Below, piece after piece: positions 1-10,700 of a stretch of 63,208 nucleotides of DNA. The stretch covers positions 1 through 63,208 of IMG/VR virus record IMGVR_UViG_3300030406_003636, one strand, 5' to 3'. The first letter of the stretch is position 1, and each line of letters starts with the position of its first letter. Both the position numbers and the translations under genes were made by a program. This DNA comes from a virus (Duplodnaviria > Caudoviricetes). The notes below the pieces were generated by a model that worked only from the letters and a program-made list of their open reading frames with translations, did not search any database and had not been told where the DNA came from.

Positions 1-177
1 TGTCTTATATGATCCGGTTGAAAACATAGGTGCTACACTAATTAAAGAGGCATCTAAAAATACAGTGAAAGAAGCAGGCGACGGTACTACTACAGCTATC
101 GTGCTTGCTCAATCACTATTAAACAACATAAATAATGATAAAGCTGTTAAAGAAAATAATTGTTCTATTAGAGAAGT
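1..177. repeat. Terminal overlap copy 1 (circular assembly overlap)
   Basis: 1-177 matches 63032-63208 except C79/T63110 and G152/C63183; lies inside groEL. Confidence 0.97.
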
Positions 178-1384
178 TAAAGAAGGCGTTAAAACAGGGT
201 TGGTCAAAGTTAATAAATATCTTGATAAGTCCAGTATTGAAGTTAAAGGCGATCTTCTTAAACACGTCAGCTCAATATCTTGCAATAACGATACAGAGCT
301 TGGAAAAATTATATCAGAAGCTTACGAAAAAGTAGGTACTAACGGTGTTGTTTTAATGGAAGAAAGCAATACAGAAGAAACTTACATGGATATTGTTGAC
401 GGTGTGCAAATTGATTGTGGTTTAACATCACCTCATTTTGTTACAGATAAAGAAAAACAACGATGTGAGTTAGATAATCCGTTAGTTTTAATAGTCTCAT
501 CAGAAATACCTAATGTAAGACGTATACAAAACATCTTAGAACACATAATTAAAAACAAAAGATCGTTATTAATTATGGCTCCTGTAGCTCAGCAGTTAAA
601 AACTGCACTATTAATGAATAAAGTTAAGGGAAATATAAATGTTAATATAGTCGACTTGCCAGGATTTGGCAATACTAAGCAAGATACTATAGAAGATCTT
701 GCAATTATAACAGGAGCAAAGGTAATAAACGAAGAATTAGGCGATGATTTAGAATTAATCAAGCCTGATTGTTTAGGAGAAGTAGTAAAATCTGTTACTG
801 ATGACAAAAATACAGTGTTAACTGTTAATATGTCTAAAAATGTGGTTGAAGAACGTATTAATTCTGTAAGAAAACTAATACAAGAAGAGAAAAACGGATT
901 TTTAAAAGAAAAACTACAGCAAAGACTTGCAATTTTAAGTGGATCAGTTGGTATTGTGTTTGTAGGTGCTAACTCTGCGGTTGAATTAAAGGAAAAAAAG
1001 GACAGAGTTGATGATGCGATCTACGCAACTAAGGCAGCTTTGCAAGAAGGTATAGTTTCTGGCGGCGGTATTGCGCTTTTAAACGCAGCAAACACGCTAA
1101 AGCCAGACAATATTGGCGAGAAAATTTTATTTGAAGCTATAAAATCGCCATTTAAAACAATATTAGCCAATGCAGGTATAGAAAATTACAAAATACCTAC
1201 AAAAATTGGCTACGGTTACAACGTAATTACGGGTAAAGTAGTAGATATGGTAGAAACAGGTATCATTGACCCGGTTTTAGTTACAAAAACGGCGTTAAAA
1301 AACGCCATTAGCGTTGTAAATACAATAGTTTCTGCAGATTGTGTAATATCTAACATGAGGTTGATTGATGAGAGCGATAAATAA
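2..1384 (+). CDS. groEL: Chaperonin GroEL, C-terminal part
   Basis: GDGTTTA ATP-binding motif, KEKKDRVDDA, GIVSGGG, GIIDP; no GGM tail. Confidence 0.95.
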   Translation, partial: VLYDPVENIGATLIKEASKNTVKEAGDGTTTAIVLAQSLLNNINNDKAVKENNCSIREVKEGVKTGLVKVNKYLDKSSIEVKGDLLKHVSSISCNNDTELGKIISEAYEKVGTNGVVLMEESNTEETYMDIVDGVQIDCGLTSPHFVTDKEKQRCELDNPLVLIVSSEIPNVRRIQNILEHIIKNKRSLLIMAPVAQQLKTALLMNKVKGNINVNIVDLPGFGNTKQDTIEDLAIITGAKVINEELGDDLELIKPDCLGEVVKSVTDDKNTVLTVNMSKNVVEERINSVRKLIQEEKNGFLKEKLQQRLAILSGSVGIVFVGANSAVELKEKKDRVDDAIYATKAALQEGIVSGGGIALLNAANTLKPDNIGEKILFEAIKSPFKTILANAGIENYKIPTKIGYGYNVITGKVVDMVETGIIDPVLVTKTALKNAISVVNTIVSADCVISNMRLIDESDK

Positions 1385-1625
1385 TTACCTAGTTGTAGAA
1401 AAAAAGAAAGGTGAACCCCAAAAAGTTGCTGGGTTAATAGTAAATGAAGCAACCGATGTAGATAATAGATACATTAAAGCAACAATAATAACAAAAGGTA
1501 ACTTAGTAGAGGGCGTTGAAACAGGTGATGTTGTGTATTATGATAAACATGCGGGACATGGTATACAATGGGACGATAAACTTTACCACGTTATAAGGGT
1601 TCATGATATTGTTTTAGTCGAATGA
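1365..1625 (+). CDS. groES: Co-chaperonin GroES
   Basis: 86 aa, AGLI mobile-loop-like segment, VETGDVVYYDKHAG, DIV C-terminus; overlaps groEL stop. Confidence 0.85.
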   Translation: MMRAINNYLVVEKKKGEPQKVAGLIVNEATDVDNRYIKATIITKGNLVEGVETGDVVYYDKHAGHGIQWDDKLYHVIRVHDIVLVE

Positions 1626-2062
1626 GACTAAGTGCTTCAGATATACGCGAAGTAAAACTACTTAAGTATTATAGGCTCATTAGAAAATGGGCCTGTAAAA
1701 CTTATAATTTAAAAGATGCAGACTTAGAGCTGCTTATTTATTTAGACTGTAAAAATAGATTTACGCGTAATGAATTTATAGACGGTACGTATACGTACTC
1801 TTGGGACAAACAACGTTGGGAGCGTTTACGTAAAGCAGGTTGGATAGAAGTGTGGAGACATAGAAACAGAACAACTATAAAGTACAGTATATTTAAAACA
1901 TCATTTAAATGTTCTCAGTTAATAAGTAGAATATACCGTATAATGTTAGGTGAAGAAGATTTACCTACATCTAATAGAAGTAAATTTTATAACAACAAAA
2001 CATATACAGATAAAGTCTTCAATAAAGCTATTGATGACATGATAAACGATAACGACAGATAA
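1622..2062 (+). CDS. Hypothetical protein, possible winged-helix DNA-binding protein
   Basis: DLELLIYL...WERLRKAGWIEV pattern; translationally coupled. Confidence 0.5.
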   Translation: MRLSASDIREVKLLKYYRLIRKWACKTYNLKDADLELLIYLDCKNRFTRNEFIDGTYTYSWDKQRWERLRKAGWIEVWRHRNRTTIKYSIFKTSFKCSQLISRIYRIMLGEEDLPTSNRSKFYNNKTYTDKVFNKAIDDMINDNDR

Positions 2063-2388
2063 TGGCATTTAAACTTAAACCAATAAACGAAGTATTAAAA
2101 TTAGATCCTGCATCTAAAAACGGTGAACTAATCAAGTACACTGACAACATGCCTGATAACGTAGCTGGTTACGTTGATATGAACAAAACAATATTTATAA
2201 ATGATAACATGTCTAAAGCAATGAAGCGTAAAGCTTTAAAACATGAGAAGGTACATATTGATCAAATTAAAAAAGGTAGATTAGCTTTTGATGATAATAA
2301 CTATGTCTTTGACGGTAAGGTATATGATATAGATAAACTAGATTTAGAAAGTAAAAAGCTACCGTGGGAAAAAGAAGCATATGAATAA
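2062..2388 (+). CDS. Small zincin-like metallopeptidase
   Basis: HEKVH (HExxH) plus downstream PWEKEAY. Confidence 0.7.
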   Translation: MAFKLKPINEVLKLDPASKNGELIKYTDNMPDNVAGYVDMNKTIFINDNMSKAMKRKALKHEKVHIDQIKKGRLAFDDNNYVFDGKVYDIDKLDLESKKLPWEKEAYE

Positions 2389-2779
2389 GATATTAGGAAA
2401 ATTATTTGGCGGGGCAGCTGGAAGCTTTATAGAAAAAATAGCTAGCGTTGCAGATAAATTTATAACAACAGGTGCAGAGAAGCAAGCGTTTCAAAAAGAA
2501 ATGACAAAGATCTTAATTGACGCTGAAGCTGAAATGCAAAAAAATGTAACAGAAAGATGGAAAGCAGATTTAGAACATGGAAACTGGTTAACGCGTTCGG
2601 TGAGACCGCTTGTACTTGTTTTCCTTATTGTGTCAACTGTCCTCATGGTTTTTGTGGATAGTGGGTCAGTTGATTTTAACGTCGAGCAGAAGTGGACAGA
2701 TCTACTTCAGCTGGTGTTGATCACTGTAATCGGAGCCTATTTCGGCGGTCGTAGTTTTGAAAAGTTTAATAAAAAATAA
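2381..2779 (+). CDS. Holin (3TM/GTA-like)
   Basis: RW.AD...WL.RSVRP, two hydrophobic helices, AYFGGRS.EK C-terminus. Confidence 0.8.
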   Translation: MNKILGKLFGGAAGSFIEKIASVADKFITTGAEKQAFQKEMTKILIDAEAEMQKNVTERWKADLEHGNWLTRSVRPLVLVFLIVSTVLMVFVDSGSVDFNVEQKWTDLLQLVLITVIGAYFGGRSFEKFNKK

Positions 2780-2781
2780 AT

Positions 2782-3561
2782 ATGGCTAGAATTAGTACAT
2801 ACCAGAGTGATACCTCTGTAGAAAAAGACGATAAGTTTTTAGGTTCCAATTTTGGTGGTACTACAAAAAACTTTGCTGTACAAGATATAGCTAGGTTTTT
2901 ATCTAACACTAACGCTGTAAATATAGCAGGTCAGTTTACTTATCAGTATAAAGATCAAACGCCTTATGGTAATGGTACTATGCGCGTTAGTTTTTCTAGC
3001 GGCGCTACATTTCAAAATGCTGGATCAATAAAAATAAGTAAATTTATTTACGGCGAAACTGTTAACTCATCTGAAAACATATTAGACGTATTAAGTAACA
3101 GACAAATATTAATAACAGAAATAGGTGATCAAGATAATTATGGTGTATACAACACTGCAACATTAACACAAGATAGTTCTGAAACAGATTTTTATAATCT
3201 GTCTTTATCTACACCAACAAAGTTCAATGGATCATTTACAAATGAAAAATTTTATGCAATAATATCTATTGGTGATGGTAGTGCAGGCGCGGATAAACAC
3301 GCAGCGTTAACATTTACATCAAGCAGCTTTGCTAGCACAACAGATTCAGATGGCAACGTTACGCACTTAACTGAAAGCATTAATGGTTCTACTATGAAGT
3401 ATGTAGACTTTCAACACGATTTAGCTAAGAGACCTAGTATAACTGTGGCAGAATCAGGATCACCAGAACAAGTGGCACACGTGCCTGTTAAATATATAAA
3501 CGATAATAAAGTAAGGGTTTACTTTACTGGAACAACTAGCGGAAAAATATACGCGAACTAA
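2782..3561 (+). CDS. Virion structural / tail-associated protein
   Basis: MARISTY start; C-terminal H.L...PS.TV...V.F....SGK.YAN beta domain; context. Confidence 0.6.
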   Translation: MARISTYQSDTSVEKDDKFLGSNFGGTTKNFAVQDIARFLSNTNAVNIAGQFTYQYKDQTPYGNGTMRVSFSSGATFQNAGSIKISKFIYGETVNSSENILDVLSNRQILITEIGDQDNYGVYNTATLTQDSSETDFYNLSLSTPTKFNGSFTNEKFYAIISIGDGSAGADKHAALTFTSSSFASTTDSDGNVTHLTESINGSTMKYVDFQHDLAKRPSITVAESGSPEQVAHVPVKYINDNKVRVYFTGTTSGKIYAN

Positions 3562-3590
3562 GAAATTAAAAATTATAAACAACTACAACT

Positions 3591-4682
3591 ATGGCAATAC
3601 CGTTTCTTTCAAATATTGATATGAATAAAAACGAGATACAAAATCTCGTTCTTCATTCGCAAACATCAGACCCAACTGGATCAGAAGGTCAAATTTATTA
3701 TAATTCTAATACAAATAAAGTATTAGTACACAATGGCAGTAGCTTCATAAACATTAGTGGAGATATAGCTAGTGTAACATTAACAGGTGGCGATGGTGTT
3801 TCAATACCATCACAGCCTACTGATTCAGATGGTAACTATACAGCTACAATAAATGCAGACTTAAAAGCCAATGGTGGTCTTGTAATTGAGTCAGCAAAAA
3901 TTGCCGTAGATTTAGGTGCATCATCAATAACAGGAACATTAGCAGTTGCTGATGGTGGTACTGGTGTAACTTCAAAAACTGGTACAGGAAGTGTAGTGCT
4001 TTCTAACTCACCTACATTAGTAACGCCAGCGTTAGGTACACCAAGCGCATTAGTAGGAACAAACATTACTGGAACTGCTGCTAGTTTAACAGCTGGTAAA
4101 GTCACTGTAACAGAAACAACATCAGGTTCTGGAGATTTTAATATAGTTTACCATGATGGTAGTAATGGTTTACTTGATGAAGAAGCTAGTACGTTCTTTT
4201 ATACGCCATCTACAGAAACATTAACCGTTAAAAATCTTAATGTAACAGTTAAAACAACACAAAAAGATGTTGAAGTAATTAACACTTCTGGTGGTATAAT
4301 TTTTGAAGGTGATACAAATGATGATCACGAGACAACGTTAGATGTTATAAATCCAACTGCAGATAGAACAATTAATTTACCAAATAAAAGTGGTACTGTA
4401 GCGATGACCAGTGATTTAGTTGCTAATGAAAAAGTAACTAAATTATTATCAGGTGACGGTTCAAATACAACTTATACAATAGATCACGGCTTTGGAACAA
4501 ACCACGTTATGACTCAAGTGCTTCATTATGGTAATGCGGGAAGTGGAGCTACTTATGATGTTGTTTATGTCGAAGTACAAGCCGGTAGTGATACTGATAA
4601 AATAGATGTAATATTTGGAACCGCTCCAACTACAAGTGAAGATTATCTTGTATTAGTTAGCAAGTTCCCTGCTGCATCTTAA
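3591..4682 (+). CDS. Tail fibre/spike-like protein
   Basis: EGQIYYN, GTLAVADGGTG, PTADRTINLP fibre motifs. Confidence 0.7.
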   Translation: MAIPFLSNIDMNKNEIQNLVLHSQTSDPTGSEGQIYYNSNTNKVLVHNGSSFINISGDIASVTLTGGDGVSIPSQPTDSDGNYTATINADLKANGGLVIESAKIAVDLGASSITGTLAVADGGTGVTSKTGTGSVVLSNSPTLVTPALGTPSALVGTNITGTAASLTAGKVTVTETTSGSGDFNIVYHDGSNGLLDEEASTFFYTPSTETLTVKNLNVTVKTTQKDVEVINTSGGIIFEGDTNDDHETTLDVINPTADRTINLPNKSGTVAMTSDLVANEKVTKLLSGDGSNTTYTIDHGFGTNHVMTQVLHYGNAGSGATYDVVYVEVQAGSDTDKIDVIFGTAPTTSEDYLVLVSKFPAAS

Positions 4683-4703
4683 TAGACAAAACTAAAATAA
4701 AAT

Positions 4704-7700
4704 ATGGCACAAAATTTCTTATCCGATATTAAGCTTGGAGACAATATCTATATACGCCTTGGCGATGCCACTGATGGTGATCTTCAATTATATCATGGTG
4801 GTTTGCATAGTTTTATTGATAATCAAACTGGCAATTTATATATAAGAAATTTTTCAGATGATAAAAACATACATTTTCAGACAGACGATGGTAGTGGTGC
4901 TGTAACTGATTATATAGTTATACATGGCCAAGAAAACATCGTAAAATTCCAAGAACATAGTAGACACTTAGATAATAAAGAGGCAAGATTTGGTACAGGC
5001 TCAGACCTAAAAATATATCATGAAAACTCAACTGGTCATAGTTATATAAAAGAAGCAGGAACCGGTGATTTAAGAGTTTTAACTTCACGATTTGTTCTTA
5101 ATAATGCAGCGGATACTGAAAATATGTTCAGAGCAACACAAAATGGTGCTGTAGAACTTTATTACGATGCGGTTAAGCAGCTAGAGACAGACACTAATGG
5201 TGTAGAAATTATTAATAACTTAGGTGTCGGAAGATTTCCTAGTCCTATTTATGGTATATATCAAGAATTTAATTCAACAGACGCTAATCAAGATAACAAG
5301 TTTGCATATTTTATTGATGGAAACTTTAGTGGCGCTGATAACACAGATGGTGATAGAGAACAAGGTGGTATAAGAATAGATATAGATTCTTCAGCGGATG
5401 GAGATGCTAGTGATGAACATAGGTTGTATGGTATATGGACGGATGTTAGGTTTACAGGTTACTCTGACTTAGTAAGAGCTGGATATTTTTATGCAGAAAA
5501 TAATAATTCTACAGGCTCAGAGAAACAACAAGAAACTGTTGGTGTATATGCCTCCGCGGTTGGCGATGGAACAAATACCAACGCTGGAACAAATAATTTA
5601 AAAGCTGTACAGGGTCAAGCGTCAGTTCAAAATGTTGGCTATGTAGGCGCGTCTTATGGAGGGTTTTTTCAAAGTTTTTTAGCAGGAGTAAGAACAGCAG
5701 ACGCTAATAATCTTGTAGGTGTAAGAGGTGAAGTAGAAATAGATTCTTCAAGTAGCATAACACTAGGCAATGCTAGAGCTGTACAAGCTGTAATAGATGT
5801 AGATAATACAACACCTACAATAACAAATTCATTTTTATATCACGGTACATACGAAGGTGATACATCAAGCATCACAAATAGATACGGTCTCTTTATACAA
5901 CATGCAGCAATAAATAGAATAGATGGCACGCTTGGTATAGCTGGTTCTTTACCTGTATCGACAAGTGCTTTAACTATAAAATCAACATCAGCAAGTTCAC
6001 AACAATCAGCAATAGATATTATACAAAATGGTGGTACTAACTCTATTATACGTATGGGTGAAAAATCTACAGATGGTGGTAGGTTTCATATGTTTGATGG
6101 TGGTACAGAAAAAATTGCTTTCTATACAGACGGTACTGATAATCATATTTCTGCTGGAAACTTAGGAATTGGAACGGAAAACCCTGCGAGACCTTTAGAA
6201 GTAAATTCAAGTCAAATTTCCGCAAGGTTTACATCATCATCTATTGATTCACAAATAGAATTAGTTGATAGTGGTGGTACAGCAGTTCTTGGTAGCTCTA
6301 GTGGTGCTTTTTTAGTACAAACTGGTAGCCAAACAAGGTTAACTATATCGACTAGTGGCAATGCAACGTTTGCAGGAACAGTAACAGCTAATGGTACTAC
6401 ACTAACTGGCAACACTGGTACAGTAACAGGTACTGGTACTAACAATAGAATAGCTATTTGGAATGGTACAACAGCAATAGACTCTGATTCAGATTTTTAT
6501 GTGGATGGTGATACAATATTTACTACAAATTTAGAAGCCTCTGGAAATGTAGTTGTTGCTGGTAATTTACAAGTTAATGGAACTACAACTACAGTTAATC
6601 AAACGAACTTAGATGTAGCAGATAATATTATAGGTTTAAATAGAGGTTTAACTGGCACTAATGCTAACGACTCTGGTATTATAATTGAAAGAGGTTCAAG
6701 TGGTGATAACGCTGCTTTTGTTTGGGATGAGTCAATAGGATATTTTTCTTTTGGTACTACACAAAAAACACCATCTGCTACAGGAGCTGTAGCTAACGAA
6801 TCTGACTGGACTTGGAAACCTATTAAAGCAAGCGGTGCTGTTTTTACAGGAAGTATAACATCTGGCGCAATAACAGCAAGTGGTGATATAACCTTAGATG
6901 ATAATTCTGGAGCATCTCCATCACTATATCTTTATAATGGTGATAATAATTATTGGAGAATATTTAATGGTAGTAGTTTAGATTTAACATTTAGAGTTGG
7001 TACTGTTACAAAGTTTAGCATTGATTCTTCTGGTGATGCAACTTTAAGCGATGGTACAGCTAAAAAACTTTCCATATTAGCATCTACACACGACACAAAT
7101 ACAGCAAATACAGCAACATTAGAATTAGGATACGGACACTCTGGTGGCACTGGCGTTGGTAATATAGTATTAACAGAAGATGCTAACAATAGTTTTGGCG
7201 CAGATATGACGTTTGGTGTACCTCACAATAATGGTAGTGGTGGTAGTTCAACAAGAACAGCATTAACTTTAGATGGTGGTACTTTAGCAGCAACTTTTGA
7301 AGGTAAAGTACAGTTAAACCAGGTGCCCGGAGCGTTTACACTAAATGAAAATACAGGTGTAAAACTTGCTATTGTAGGAGATGGCGGTGATAATAATGAT
7401 GGTTTAATCATAACAAGAGCCAGGGGTAATCAAAACCAATTAGACCAGTTTATAAATATATACAACGATGGTACTTCAACATTTGTAACTTCAGGAGGTA
7501 CTTCAGCTCATGGTACTTTTGATTTTAGATCTACTACAGATAAAGGTGATACTTCTGTAAGTAGGTTGTCAATTAATGCTTCTGGAAATGCAACTTTTGC
7601 AAACCTTGTAACTTTAGGACCAGGAACAACAGGTTCTCCTTATGATTCAACAACATTTTTACATGTTAAAGGTACTACAAGATCAATTGTACAACAATCA

Positions 7701-10700
7701 AGTACAACTGATGCTTATTATATGTTTGGTGATGCTGCAGCTAATAACGTCGGTTGGTTTGGTTATAACCACACATCTGGCAACGCAAATATACAAGCTG
7801 AAAATACTATAACTTTATATAAACCAACAAATGTAGTTGGTACTTTTGCAGCTAGCGATGACTTTACTCTTGATAATTCTTCGCCAGAAATGTATTTTAA
7901 AACTGGGTCTACTCACTATAACTGGATGATAGCAGCTCAAGAAAACGTAGATACAGCTTTAGAATTTACACCATCTAATGCAGTTGGTGCTACTGGAACA
8001 CACGATACTCCAGCTTTAACTTTATATGCTAATAGAAACGCAACTTTTGCAGGGGATGTAAGAATAAATGGTAATGACTTAGAATTTAATGGTGCCGCTG
8101 CAAAAATATCAGGTACTAGCGGTGGTCAAATAAGTTTAAATTATAACACAACTTCAAATCAACCTTTAATTTGGTATGGTGGTGGTACATCAGAACAGTT
8201 TAAAGTTACAAACGCAGGTGTTGCAACTTTTGCAGGTGATGTAACAGCAACTGGCAATACACGGTTCATAAAAATAATTAATAATGCTAGTACTCCTGCA
8301 ACTGCTATACAATTAGCATCAGATAGTACGGGTGATGGTCAATTAAGGGTAAATGACAGCACTGGTACAACAAAGATATTTTTCTACGGTGAGGCTAATA
8401 ATGATAGTTATATAAATAACGGAGGAAATTTAGGATTAGGCACAAATCAACCACTAACCAATGCTGCTTATAATAAACTTTTACATATACACTCAAGTGG
8501 TGGTTTAGGTTCAGTTTTAAAATTAACTGATACAACTACTGGGGCTGCTGCCGCAGATGGTTTAGAAATAATTCAATATGCAGCTGATAGTTATTTATTA
8601 AACAGAGAAGATGGTGATATAAAATTTTATACAAATGGTAGTTTTAGAGGTCAATTTGATAATAGTGGTATTTTTGAAATAGAAAATGCTACCGCCTCTG
8701 GCACAGCTATGTACATTAAAAATACGACTAATTCAGTTGCAAATACAAAAACACTTATTGATTTTAGAGCACAAGCTAGTGATAATAGTCCTTTCTATGT
8801 GTCGGGTCAGATGGGTAGTAAAGCAGAAGGAACCTGGACAAGTACAAGTAGCACAAGAGACGCATCATTAATATTTAACACTGTATTAAATGGTAATAAT
8901 GAACTTGCGTTAACATTAGCAAGTGATAAATCAGCAACTTTTGCAGGTAGTGTTACATCTACGTCACTTGCTACAACTGGTAGCACAGGAACTTTAAATT
9001 TATCTGCGCTAACTAACGTAATTACTATACCAAGTTTGCAAGATAATGGAACGTTTTTAAGTATAACACAAACTGGTAATGAACAGTGGTTATTTAAATG
9101 TGAGTCAATAGGTGGTGGTACAAAAGATTATGTTACTATAGGAGCATCAGGCGCCGCTGGTCAATTCCGTGTACATGAAGATGGTGGTATAAGTGCGCAC
9201 GGTAATTCAGACACAGTGCCAGCAATAGAGATACACTCAGATAATACTCATGGCATGAGAATACTTCATAGAGCTACTGATGGAGATTTTAGTTTTGAAC
9301 GTAGAGTAAGCGGTACAAATACAGAATTTTTAAGAATTGGTAGGTCAACTGGTAACGCGACTTTTGCAAGTGATATTACAGTTAATGGTGGTGATGTAAA
9401 TGTAACAAAACAAAATGATGCTCCAATATTTGTGTTAACGCACGATGGTACAAATCCAGGAACAAGTGATCATCTTTGGCAAATAATGTCCTGGGTAGAT
9501 TACAATGGAACCCATGAAAACTGGGGAAACATAACACATAGAACTACAAGTGATAGTGCAGTAAGAACTGAGTTATTATTTGATGTTAAATCACAAAGTG
9601 GTAATATACAAAATGCTTTAACACTACGAGGTGGTAGTGGAACACCAAACGCAACTTTTGGAGGTGATGTTACTTTAGCTGCTACAAAAAAATTATTTTT
9701 AGACGGTGGTGGTAATACATACATACAAGAAGTCGCTGGTGATGATATTGATATAGTAGCAGGTGGAAATCAATCAATAGAAATTAGAGGTATCAATACA
9801 AATTTTGGAGGTGATGTTACTTTAGCAGGCACAAAAAGTCTTATAACAAATTCAATATTGACAGCAAGTGGTGACTTAGATATCAAAACAGTATTGACCT
9901 CTAGAGATATTAGGATGTACGATGGTAATAATAAAGTTGCCGTTAGGGTTAAAGGTGATGGAACTGGAACAGACTTTAGAAACGCTGACACTAGATTTAT
10001 ATCTTTAAATTATGAAGATAGCGTTAACACTATAAAATCTCACGCAGGTTCACCTAATTTTGGAATTGAATCTTTAAATATAAAAGGTGATGTAATTAGA
10101 TTTTATACTGACTATGATGCTAACGCGTTAAATGGTAATTTAACATTAACTTTAGACAGTAGCCATAATGCTACGTTTACTGGTATTGTAGGTATGGGCA
10201 GCACTGGTATTTATGCAGGCACTAACGCTCAATTAAACTTACCAAGTTATGCTTTAGCCATAAAAAACAACGTATCTGGTAGTGATAATAATTGGAGTTA
10301 TGTAAGAAACACAGCAACTGGTAACCAAGCAAATTTAGAATTTACAACAGGAGTAGGAATATCTTTAACATTAAATCATGATAAATCTGCAACTTTTGCT
10401 GGTAATATACAAGCAGATTATCAATTATTAGGTAGAGCTTTTAGAGGCGCTAATAGAGGTGAATTACATCTTAATGGAACTGGCACTGATGATGTTGCTG
10501 AAATATTTTTTGGTCATGGTAGTGGTTACACAGAAAATAATATAAGATGGGCTATAAGTGATAGAGGCACTACAGATGGTAACTTAAAGTTTTATAGAGG
10601 TCCAGCTAATGGTGGTTTTCAAGAACAACTTACGTTACATAAAGATGGTTTAGCAACTTTTGCAGGAGATATAAGTATTCCTGTAGCTAAAAAATTATAT

